DNA from: a virus | Strand: one strand, 5' to 3' | DNA length: 64,000 bases | Virus record (IMG/VR): IMGVR_UViG_3300044960_000476 | Span: 5,725 to 69,724 of that record | In this document: piece by piece, positions 6,797-14,414 of the stretch | How positions within the stretch are numbered: the stretch's first letter is position 1 | Layout of the letters: each line of letters starts with the position of its first letter | Program-made: the position numbers and the translations under genes | The notes under the pieces: model-generated | Told to the model about the DNA's origin: nothing | Seen by the model: the letters and a program-made list of their open reading frames with translations, nothing else | Databases searched by the model: none

Positions 6797-8926
6797 ATGG
6801 TAGAGAAACTAAGAAAAATAGTAACAGACAAAGAAGCTACCCTGGTAGAAAAGAAAAACGTTTACCAGGGTAAAATGGTCAATGGAGAGTGGCTACCAAC
6901 TTCTCTCCACGACCGTTATGGCAATATCGTCCGCGTCGTGAAGGTGGAGCGCGATGCGGACAATGAGCTCATTACCCCTGTCGCCAAGGTAGATACTGAA
7001 TTCGTCTTTGTAGGCGGTAACCGTCATCGGGCCGTCTACGTAAAAGAAGACAGCCTTGCCCGGTGGTTGGATGCCGCCGCCGGTGACTCCAACTGGGCTG
7101 CGGCTTCAATGCTGCGGCCCGGTAAGTTGACGAAAGAGAATAAAGAGTTTGGCTGGACGGGGTATGAGGAGTCCAGCCTCGACACCGGTCTTCTCGCCAT
7201 TATGTCGCGGGAAGACTGGACAGTATTCGTTCAGGCGTTCGGTCTACCTGTGGAGGCAAAGCTTGCACAGGTGACTGTCTTCGACCTGGATAACATGGTG
7301 TCCGCAAAGGGCACCATCAGGGTGGCGTTCAGCGGAGAGCACCCAACCGTCTTCCCAAGTTCGTGGAAGAGGTTTGGCGAACTGCGTACCGAGTTTTCCG
7401 CTGTCCTAACTGTTGACGCGGTATACCGCCCCCAAGCGTCTATTAATGCCCAGGAGCTGCAGTACTGGTGCTACAGCAGGGGGCGCAAGTTGGCGGATTG
7501 GGTCTGGGAGGAATTGGCCCAGGCCCAGGAAGCCGTCCTACAAGAAAAGGGGTCTGTATGGACCCCGTATGGATACTTGAGTGCCCTCGGTATGTCGGGG
7601 GCTTTAAAGTCCGTCACCTACGACCTGGTGGACGGGCAACGCGGCAGCTTAACCAATATGTTGCGACGGGTGAAGTTTAGCGCCCGTCGCGGTTTGCGGG
7701 CCAAAACGACCGCGACCGCCATCATTAAGGAAGGAGAAGTACTCCTTCCCGAAGAGGCGAAGCGGCACGTGCGGGTGGGGCAAACGGTTGTAGTAGGTAG
7801 AAACCCCGCGTTGCCTAGCCAGGACTGGCAGGTATACAAAGTCGCGGGGTTCATACCTGCTAACGTCGTTGCATTTAACCCGAACGACCGGGGCTGGACC
7901 GCCGAACTCGGTGGCGACCACGATGGCGATGACTGTGTAGTTTACTACCAGTCACCCGTCGTCGGCGGCGAACCAGTCGGGCAACACGGGCTTGACCTGC
8001 AAAGCATCAAGCCGCAAGCCCGCAAGTTGGACAGCAACACCGTTGAGGCTAGGCTTCAGCGGTGGAAGAACGAAACGGCCGCAAACATCGGGCAGTTCGA
8101 GATTAATGCCCGGCGTTTGTCAACCAAAGGGCACCTTACCACCGAGCGTGCCAAGTTGTTCACTACAGCCATTCAGACGGTAATTGCGTTGAAGAAGCGG
8201 GTGGCCAAGCTGGAAGAACAGGCTTGGTACCCGGCAGTCGACGAGCTGATGGACGCGGCCAGCCGGTTGAGGGGCAAGAACGACGCGGACCGTATTAAGC
8301 GGTTCGCAGCGGGCGAGGTCGAGCAACGGTTCGACAACCCCACGACCGCTGCGTTGGCCGAACAGCTGCGCGGGTCGTTGGCACTGGTGACCACCCGGCA
8401 CCGGTACAACGACAGCGAAGAAATGCGGGCGCTGTTCGGTGCCAATGCGGAAGCGCCCAGCATTGTCAAAAACATGCTGGAAGAATACTATAGCCTCCAG
8501 ACGGCCAAAGCCGAAGCCAAACTGATGGGGGCCGACGTCCACCACCTGAACCAGCGCTTGAAAGTGCTGGTGCATCTGGAAGGCCCCGAGGTGATGATGA
8601 CCCTCGATGAAGAGGCGTGGAAGCAGGCCAGCAAATGGCTGATAGCAAACGCGCCCACCGAGGTGTGGGTGTACTGGAGCCACCCCGAGGTCATCCGCGA
8701 GTTTCTGACCTTCGTGGGCGCGACTAAAATTCGCATCGTTGGGCCGGTGGAAGAAATAAAACTTGAGGTGGGCGAAGTCGTCGAAGTGGACCAAAGCGGA
8801 CTCCGCGAGCTGGTCATCGACGAACAGGAGTTCGTGGTGGCCGAAGAGACGGGCTACCTCGAAGCCGGGCGCTACCAGGTGGTGGCCGTGAGCAAGCGCG
8901 GCGCTACTCTCGAAAAAACAAAGTAG
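6797..8926 (+). CDS. Single-chain two-barrel RNA polymerase (cellular RdRP/YonO/P23-45 gp64-like)
   Basis: Double-psi-barrel motifs in order: AKGT, VVVGRNPALP and LGGDHDGDDCVV (DxDGD metal-binding loop); first large gene of the early region. Confidence 0.88.
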   Translation: MVEKLRKIVTDKEATLVEKKNVYQGKMVNGEWLPTSLHDRYGNIVRVVKVERDADNELITPVAKVDTEFVFVGGNRHRAVYVKEDSLARWLDAAAGDSNWAAASMLRPGKLTKENKEFGWTGYEESSLDTGLLAIMSREDWTVFVQAFGLPVEAKLAQVTVFDLDNMVSAKGTIRVAFSGEHPTVFPSSWKRFGELRTEFSAVLTVDAVYRPQASINAQELQYWCYSRGRKLADWVWEELAQAQEAVLQEKGSVWTPYGYLSALGMSGALKSVTYDLVDGQRGSLTNMLRRVKFSARRGLRAKTTATAIIKEGEVLLPEEAKRHVRVGQTVVVGRNPALPSQDWQVYKVAGFIPANVVAFNPNDRGWTAELGGDHDGDDCVVYYQSPVVGGEPVGQHGLDLQSIKPQARKLDSNTVEARLQRWKNETAANIGQFEINARRLSTKGHLTTERAKLFTTAIQTVIALKKRVAKLEEQAWYPAVDELMDAASRLRGKNDADRIKRFAAGEVEQRFDNPTTAALAEQLRGSLALVTTRHRYNDSEEMRALFGANAEAPSIVKNMLEEYYSLQTAKAEAKLMGADVHHLNQRLKVLVHLEGPEVMMTLDEEAWKQASKWLIANAPTEVWVYWSHPEVIREFLTFVGATKIRIVGPVEEIKLEVGEVVEVDQSGLRELVIDEQEFVVAEETGYLEAGRYQVVAVSKRGATLEKTK

Positions 8927-9316
8927 CGCCTCCGGCGCCCTTCCGGCGGGGGTTGGACCTAAAAAGGGTCCAACCCCCTAAACCATGCAGGCCGCCTGCC
9001 GGCGGCTTGCCAGCGGGGGCCAAAGCCCCCAAAGACAAAAGAAAAAGGGCGCCTGCCGGCGCCCTTCCTGCGGGGCCTGGCGGCCCAAGGAGGAAAAAAT
9101 GAAAAAAGAAATGAAAGAAAAAGTCCTCATGGTAGCGACGGCCGTGGCGTGGGGCCTGTTGGTCCCGGGCCTGGTCCTGGGGTTCCTGGTCGGCCTGGCC
9201 ATTTTCCGGGCCGTCTTGGGCTAAAACACAAAGGGGCGCCTCCGGCGCCTCTCCGGCGGGGGGTGTGAAGCCCCCAAGGCAAGAAGAAAGCCGCCTGCCG
9301 GCGCCGCCCAGCGGGG
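8926..9316 (+). repeat. Five copies of the hairpin motif CGCC-T(G)CC-GGCG-N4-5-CCNGCGGGG, each followed by a G-run stem-loop
   Basis: Copies start at 8926, 8991, 9049, 9236 and 9290; all intergenic and in the same orientation. Confidence 0.9.
9099..9224 (+). CDS. Small membrane protein (41 aa)
   Basis: AAGGAGG RBS; long hydrophobic segment VLMVATAVAWGLLVPGLVLGFLVGLAIF. Confidence 0.7.
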   Translation: MKKEMKEKVLMVATAVAWGLLVPGLVLGFLVGLAIFRAVLG

Positions 9317-9342
9317 CAGGAAAGCCCCGAAAGGAGGTAAAC

Positions 9343-9624
9343 ATGAAACTCATGGACGTAGTTTTGTTGGTGTGCCGTGCCCTCAGCCTGAACGTAGACA
9401 TCATTGCGACCCCAAACGGAGCAATGCTCACTGACGAAAAGGGCAGCCCCGTCGGGGTGATGCGGTTGGTCAATGGCCGCCGCCTGGAAATGGTTTACAG
9501 GAGCGGCAAAGGCGTGGTAAAGCAAGCCATCAGGCTTCCTAAGTTTGTCACCCGACCAATGCATGCGGGCGACAAGCTTCGGGCAGTCGCAGCTGTTGTC
9601 GTCGAGGAGGCGGCTATGGCTTAG
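9343..9624 (+). CDS. Early protein, paralog family E copy 1
   Basis: AAGGAGGT RBS before ATG 9343; MKLMDVVLLVCRAL...DEKGSPVGVMRL. Confidence 0.8.
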   Translation: MKLMDVVLLVCRALSLNVDIIATPNGAMLTDEKGSPVGVMRLVNGRRLEMVYRSGKGVVKQAIRLPKFVTRPMHAGDKLRAVAAVVVEEAAMA

Positions 9625-9683
9625 AGGGGCGCTGTGCCCCCTCGCATGAGGGGGTACGCCTCAGCTAAAGAAAGGGGGTAAAA

Positions 9684-9938
9684 ATGAAACCACGGTTGAT
9701 AGACATAGTGGCATTAGTTGCCCAAGCCATCCGGGGCGGTAAACACCGGGTGGCACTTGGGCCGCAAAAAACCGGTGGCGCTGTATTTGACGACGCGGGA
9801 GAGCCCGTTGGCCTGTTCAAGGTTGAGGGAGAAACACTCCACATCTCCTTGGACGTACACGGCCAAGTCGAGTACTACAAACTCGGCTTGGAAAGATACC
9901 TAAAACAACTTTCTCTGGCAAAGGGGGTAAGAGCATGA
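9684..9938 (+). CDS. Early protein, paralog family E copy 2
   Basis: AGGGGG RBS; RLIDIVALVAQAI...GGAVFDDAGEPVGLFKV. Confidence 0.8.
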   Translation: MKPRLIDIVALVAQAIRGGKHRVALGPQKTGGAVFDDAGEPVGLFKVEGETLHISLDVHGQVEYYKLGLERYLKQLSLAKGVRA

Positions 9939-10063
9939 AAAACGAAGAGGTGTGGGGTGTAATAACCTACTACCCGCCTTGCGCGGCAAAAAAGCAACGC
10001 CGCAATTGGCCTAGGTGGTTCAGATACACCATCCGCAGGCTGTTCAGGTTGAACCGCAAATAA
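9935..10063 (+). CDS. Small basic peptide (42 aa)
   Basis: ATGA overlap with the previous gene, AGGGGG RBS; MKNEEVWGVITYYPPCAAKKQRRNWPRWFRYTIRRLFRLNRK. Confidence 0.55.
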   Translation: MKNEEVWGVITYYPPCAAKKQRRNWPRWFRYTIRRLFRLNRK

Positions 10064-10074
10064 ACAGATAATGT

Positions 10075-10100
10075 GCGCCTCCGGCGCCGTCCGGCGGGCG
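10075..10100 (+). promoter_or_regulatory. Hairpin motif copy
   Basis: GCGCC-TCC-GGCGC CGT CCGGCGGG. Confidence 0.65.
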
Positions 10101-10128
10101 GTGCTGGAGGCCCAGAAAGGAGAAAACT

Positions 10129-10500
10129 ATGCTGGTAAACACCATCAAAGCAGCGGCCCAAGCTTTGGGCGTTAAGTCGGAACCGGAAGTAATTGTAAGC
10201 ACCCACCGTGGTGACACTCACTACGGTGGTGCGTATATGGCCACCGGCGGCATCCTGGAGAATGGGCGGCAAATTGGCCTCTTTAAGGCGGAAGAGAAGC
10301 GCGGTAAAACCGCCGTCGAGTTGCTGCTAAACACTCCATCAGGAGTAAAGAAAGCCTGCTTGAGGATATCAGCCCAGTTGGGCGAACTGAAATCCACCAG
10401 GGAAGGGTTGGCCTACACGGAAGGAATGGCCGCCAAGAACTGGTGGCCGACTGATGCGAGTGGACGGCGCTTCGAAAGCCGTCCGTTGCCCGAAGAATAA
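10129..10500 (+). CDS. Early protein, paralog family E copy 3 (divergent)
   Basis: AAAGGAG RBS; MLVNTIKAAAQAL...GGILENGRQIGLFKA. Confidence 0.75.
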   Translation: MLVNTIKAAAQALGVKSEPEVIVSTHRGDTHYGGAYMATGGILENGRQIGLFKAEEKRGKTAVELLLNTPSGVKKACLRISAQLGELKSTREGLAYTEGMAAKNWWPTDASGRRFESRPLPEE

Positions 10501-10526
10501 GCGCCTCCGGCGCCTGACCAGCGGGG
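10501..10526 (+). promoter_or_regulatory. Hairpin motif copy
   Basis: GCGCC-TCC-GGCGC CTGA CCAGCGGGG immediately after a stop codon. Confidence 0.65.
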
Positions 10527-10573
10527 TGTTCACGGAATGGGCCAACGTGGACACCCCCAAAAGCCTTTGGCCC
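10523..10573 (+). ncRNA. H-type pseudoknot in the 5' leader of the gene at 10589
   Basis: Stem 1 GGGGTGTTCACG/CGTGGACACCCC (one G.U); loop GGGCCAA (10539-10545) complementary to TTGGCCC (10567-10573) next to the SD. Confidence 0.55.
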
Positions 10574-10588
10574 GAAAGGAGAAAAAGT

Positions 10589-10804
10589 ATGGCCTATCTT
10601 TGGTTTCAAACCAGCACCTACCGCGGCCACATCCTTAACGAGGTGTGCGCAGACATCGAACCGGGCTTGCAAATGCTAGAGGAAGCCCTCGACAGCGGTA
10701 ATTTTGTCGAGGGATATGTCCGCGTGGGTAAAAGGAAGTACCCGTTCACGGACACGAATGCCAGCGACGTCATTGCTACTTTACTAGAGAGCAAAGTCAT
10801 TTAG
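10589..10804 (+). CDS. Hypothetical early protein (71 aa)
   Basis: AAAGGAG RBS before ATG 10589. Confidence 0.75.
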   Translation: MAYLWFQTSTYRGHILNEVCADIEPGLQMLEEALDSGNFVEGYVRVGKRKYPFTDTNASDVIATLLESKVI

Positions 10805-10823
10805 GGGTGGTTTATCCACCCTT

Positions 10824-10888
10824 GGGCCGCAAGCCTCCACCTCCACGTGGTGCGGCCTGGGAGCCCCGCAAGGGGAACTAACGGAGGC
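10824..10888 (+). ncRNA. HDV-like self-cleaving ribozyme
   Basis: P1 GGGCCGC/GCGGCCT (G1.U), P2 GCCTCC/GGAGGC, P3 ACC/GGT, L3 TCCACGT, P1.1 CC/GG, P4 CCCC-GCAA-GGGG, J4/2 CTAAC. Confidence 0.9.
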
Positions 10889-10906
10889 AAATGAAAGGAG
10901 TAAAGT

Positions 10907-11287
10907 ATGCTGAATGTAAAGCACATGTACCAGGGAGTTATTATCCGCACCCCTTACAGCAAGAAGGGGCAGGCTAAGACGGGCGACCACTTCACCACTT
11001 ACAGGGCTTTGGCTGATGAAGCGAGCAACCGTTGGCTTGACCTGTACGTCTTTGGCGACGAGGCGGTTTTGGCTGTGCTGCCTCAGAAGCTGCTGGTTCG
11101 CGGAAACGTTTCCGTGTTGAACCTGCCCCAAACCCAAGAACTGCCCGGAAAGACCATTCTTGGGGCAAACGCCCTCTCCCTGGAAGTTTGGGACAGGGGG
11201 AAAGGAAAATGGACCAAAATGGCCGCGTTCATCGCGGGCTTGGCGGCTAAAGCGGAGGCAGAGGAGGCAATTGAACTGGAGTTTTGA
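10907..11287 (+). CDS. Hypothetical early protein downstream of the ribozyme
   Basis: AAAGGAG RBS; 126 aa; acidic C-tail ending ELEF (SSB/OB-fold-like, tentative). Confidence 0.8.
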   Translation: MLNVKHMYQGVIIRTPYSKKGQAKTGDHFTTYRALADEASNRWLDLYVFGDEAVLAVLPQKLLVRGNVSVLNLPQTQELPGKTILGANALSLEVWDRGKGKWTKMAAFIAGLAAKAEAEEAIELEF

Positions 11288-11378
11288 GGGCCATAAGGCC
11301 CTCTCACTGAGGGGGTACACCCCCGCTAAATGCGGGGGAGTACTCCCTTGGTCAAAGGAGGTGGTACACCAGCCGGAA

Positions 11379-11389
11379 TGTGATATACT
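11379..11389 (+). promoter_or_regulatory. Extended -10 promoter facing the non-coding region
   Basis: TGTGATATACT. Confidence 0.5.
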
Positions 11390-11757
11390 AGTAAGCATGT
11401 AGTACGCTCTTGCGGAGCCAGGCAGGGGGCGGGGCGGCAGCCCCGCCCCCCTACTGTCTGCAAATAATTCTCTCCTTACTCTCCCATAGTTATTTTCAAA
11501 CACCCCCGGGGTGGGGGTACAAACCAGCCGAGTAGTGTCCGTTTGGACAAATGGCTAGCCTCTACTCGGCAAGGTGTGTCGACAGACTGGGGAGTAAGCT
11601 ATTTGGCTTACTCTCCAGTTGTTTCTATTTGCTATTTTCTATTTCCTGTTTGCTAACCCCGCGCGGGCAAGCTTGTGGCCTTTAAAGCGGTCGCGGTGGG
11701 CATGTTATCCAGCTTCGTCACAGACGTAAAAAATGAAGCTGACATTCAACAAACCCG

Positions 11758-12386
11758 CATTCTTCCAATATAAAAGTGGGGGGTGGCCTTATTTTGGCTT
11801 ATACGGCCTCAGAGAGGCCAAATTTTTGGATGCCAATTTTGGGGTCGATAAGAAAGGCATTTTTTGCACTTAATATGCTTCCCCGGTATATTTACCCTTA
11901 AACCACCTTACCCCCGTCTTAAAATTGATTATACGGCCTTACAGAGGCATTCTAGAGGTGGGGTTTAAACCTGACGAAAAGTTTGGGGTTAGGAAATAGG
12001 AGCTAGGAAATAGGAAGTAGCAAAATGCTTTACCTTGCTATTTCCTACTCCGCTATTTCCTACTCCGCTATTTCCTAACTCCTAGTTTCTATTTTCTAAC
12101 CCATAACCCACTCTTTTTCTCCGTCCAGGACGTTATTCACCCAACTCACCCTTAATTTATGCCCATTCTTACGATATAAAAATGGGGGGTGGCCTTAAAA
12201 TTGATTATACGGCCTTATAGACCCCTTTTAAGCGGATGGCAAAATTGGGGTCGATAAGAAAGGCAAAAATTGAAGCTAATGTGTCACCCCGGTATATTAC
12301 CCCTTAGAAGGGCTACCCCCCGTCTTAAAATGGCTTATACGGGCTTATAGGGCCATTCTACGGAGGGGGTTGCAAGCTGGCGAAAA
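11758..12386. repeat. Imperfect 223-bp direct duplication (11758-11980 and 12164-12386)
   Basis: Shared blocks GGGGGTGGCCTTA, GGGGTCGATAAGAAAGGCA, CCCCGGTATATT and CCCCCGTCTTAAAAT; TTATACGG at 11799, 11929, 12205 and 12335. Confidence 0.9.
11990..12100. repeat. TAGGAAATAG / CTATTTCCTA short repeats in inverted arrangement
   Basis: Two TAGGAAATAG copies, then three GCTATTTCCTA copies at 15-bp period. Confidence 0.8.
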
Positions 12387-12540
12387 TATAGAGTTTGGAC
12401 TGGATGAAAGAGGGGTTGCGTGCAGGGCAATTCCGTTATTCCTTCCTCCCTTCATACCTTAACCCAAAAACCCCTTATTTCTTAACTCAAAACTTTTCTC
12501 AAAACCCACCAAATTCCGTTACTTTTGAACGAAAAGAGTG

Positions 12541-12960
12541 CCTATAATAAGAGCAAAAAGCCCTATAAAGGGCTTTTTGCTCTCTACTAACTATTAGTTA
12601 GCTAACTACATGCTATATACTAGCTAACTAACAAGTTGTTAGTAAGCTAACTACATGCTTTATATATAACTATAATACGCTGTCGTGTGCTAGTATAATA
12701 TATAAGCTAACTAAAGGAGCTAAACCCTTAAAGGGTTTAGCTCCTAGTATATACTAGTATATTATATATATTTATATATTGTTTTTACTCATTACTATAT
12801 ACTAGCTAACTACATACTTTATACTAACCATCCCTATACTTTATACTAACTAGGAGCATTACCCTATAAAGGGTAATGCTCCTATATATACTTATTACTA
12901 GCTAACTACATGCTTTATATTAACCATCTACATGCTTTATACTAACCATTATAGGGGCAC
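12541..12960. other. Putative replication origin: very AT-rich, AGCTAACTA repeats, three palindromes
   Basis: No ORF. AGCTAACTA(CATGCT) six times; palindromes at 12550-12583, 12715-12745 and 12851-12884. Confidence 0.55.
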
Positions 12961-13011
12961 TACCAACTTTCGAAAATAAACCAACGCTGTCGGGCGCAAG
13001 GAGGGTAGCAA

Positions 13012-13710
13012 ATGACTGTTGAACAAGTTCATGAAATAGTGCGCAAGGTTTACCAAAGGTTAACAAGTATCAAGCAAGTCCAGTATGCTTACATTGGGCT
13101 TGCAGGTGGTTGTGCAGCATGGTTGGCGGGCAAGACAGCCCGCCAACCAAATGACATAGACATTTGGTTTTCAACCAAGCCAAGTTTGTTTAATATGGCT
13201 TGGAAAACTTTGGGTATAACCATAGACGACAATGCTCCAGTATACTTTGATGAAACTAGCGTCCACAAAGAGGTAATTGACGGGGTAGAGGTAAACGTTA
13301 TTGGCATTACTTGTTACTATTCATGGCGGTCGCCTGCAGAGCAATTAGAAAAGCTTATTTCCAGCTTTGACGTACCCCAACACCGTGTAGGGTATGTCAT
13401 TAACGACGGTGAGTTAGACATTTTCATTAACAGTCCGTATTACTATGACGAATGGACTGTCGCAACAATGCTGTGCGACAGCGATGAAGTAGTAACTAAA
13501 ACCAGTCGTGCATTTAAATTTAAACAAGCAGGTTACAAAATGTGCGACAGAATACAATTACTAGCACACATGTATGAAATGGGTGTTGACAGGCGTGTGC
13601 TGGTAACTAAGGACGGCGTTGGCCTGGACACTTGGGTAACGTGGGAAGAATTACCCGGTCATATAGCTAAGCTTGCCCTCGAAACGGCTACTACTAGGAC
13701 TAACCCATGA
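13012..13710 (+). CDS. Nucleotidyltransferase-like protein (Pol-beta superfamily head), catalytic DxD intact
   Basis: LAGGCAAWLAG...PNDIDIWF...FDVPQHRV...RAFKFKQAGY; AAGGAGGG RBS. Confidence 0.75.
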   Translation: MTVEQVHEIVRKVYQRLTSIKQVQYAYIGLAGGCAAWLAGKTARQPNDIDIWFSTKPSLFNMAWKTLGITIDDNAPVYFDETSVHKEVIDGVEVNVIGITCYYSWRSPAEQLEKLISSFDVPQHRVGYVINDGELDIFINSPYYYDEWTVATMLCDSDEVVTKTSRAFKFKQAGYKMCDRIQLLAHMYEMGVDRRVLVTKDGVGLDTWVTWEELPGHIAKLALETATTRTNP

Positions 13711-14414
13711 GCCGCGACAGCGTTAGAAGAAACCTGCTGGACTTGATAGGCAACGTAGTAATTACGTTGCAAGAAAAGTTAGACGGCATAAAGTACGAAT
13801 TGGCATTGTTTGGTGGTGCAGCTGCATGGCTTGTTCACCAAACCAAGCGCATACCGGACAACTTCAACATTAGCATTAACGTTCATCACAATGAAGTTGT
13901 AAAGGTATTAGAACGTCTTAAAATAGACTATGACAGAACATACCAACCTTTCTTTTACAAAACTTCCATTCACGTCTGTAACTTTCCTGTACGCTTAGTA
14001 GTAGCCAAACCACGTTATTCTTCTGCTAAAGGCAATGTACATGCGGAATATCTGTCGTCGTTGCTTGATATTCCGCAACACAGGGTAGTGTTAATTAATT
14101 TGGGAGGTAAATACCAATGCCACTTTTCAGCGCCATTCATGTTTGCCTGGTCCCATGAGTGGACCAGGCAAACAATGTGCCGTGGTATGGTGTACCACCT
14201 CAAGACTAGTTCGACAAGAATATTGCGGGCGGTGCAGGACGGATACAAAGTATCCGACGAAATAAGGCACTTAGGCTTGCCCGCCGAAGTTGGGCTTAAC
14301 ATTAATTACCTTGTGGAAAGGGGGTTAATTAAAACTAAGTACGGCGTGTTTGCTTGGGAAGAGATACCCGAGTTTGTGTCGAAGCTAACGCTAATGGGGG
14401 CAAATGATGCGTAA
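13707..14414 (+). CDS. Nucleotidyltransferase-like paralog 2, DxD replaced by NxN
   Basis: LFGGAAAWL...PDNFNISI...LDIPQHRV. Confidence 0.75.
   Translation: MSRDSVRRNLLDLIGNVVITLQEKLDGIKYELALFGGAAAWLVHQTKRIPDNFNISINVHHNEVVKVLERLKIDYDRTYQPFFYKTSIHVCNFPVRLVVAKPRYSSAKGNVHAEYLSSLLDIPQHRVVLINLGGKYQCHFSAPFMFAWSHEWTRQTMCRGMVYHLKTSSTRILRAVQDGYKVSDEIRHLGLPAEVGLNINYLVERGLIKTKYGVFAWEEIPEFVSKLTLMGANDA

Noticed and set aside
8120-8794. 224-aa minus-strand ORF, and similar ones at 5074-5685, 8904-9473 and 10784-11503
   Set aside because: Antisense shadows of GC-rich genes and cis-elements that have clear plus-strand RBSs.
9625-9670. GAGGGGGTACRCC...GCTAAA element (also near 11309) as another ribozyme
   Set aside because: Folds as simple hairpins; no HDV, hammerhead, twister or pistol core could be assembled.
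10523-10573. Pseudoknot as a pistol ribozyme
   Set aside because: Lacks the conserved linker and the P2/P3 arms of the pistol consensus.
11290-13010. tRNA genes in the long non-coding region
   Set aside because: No cloverleaf with T-loop and D-loop consensus recognised; a tRNAscan run would be definitive.
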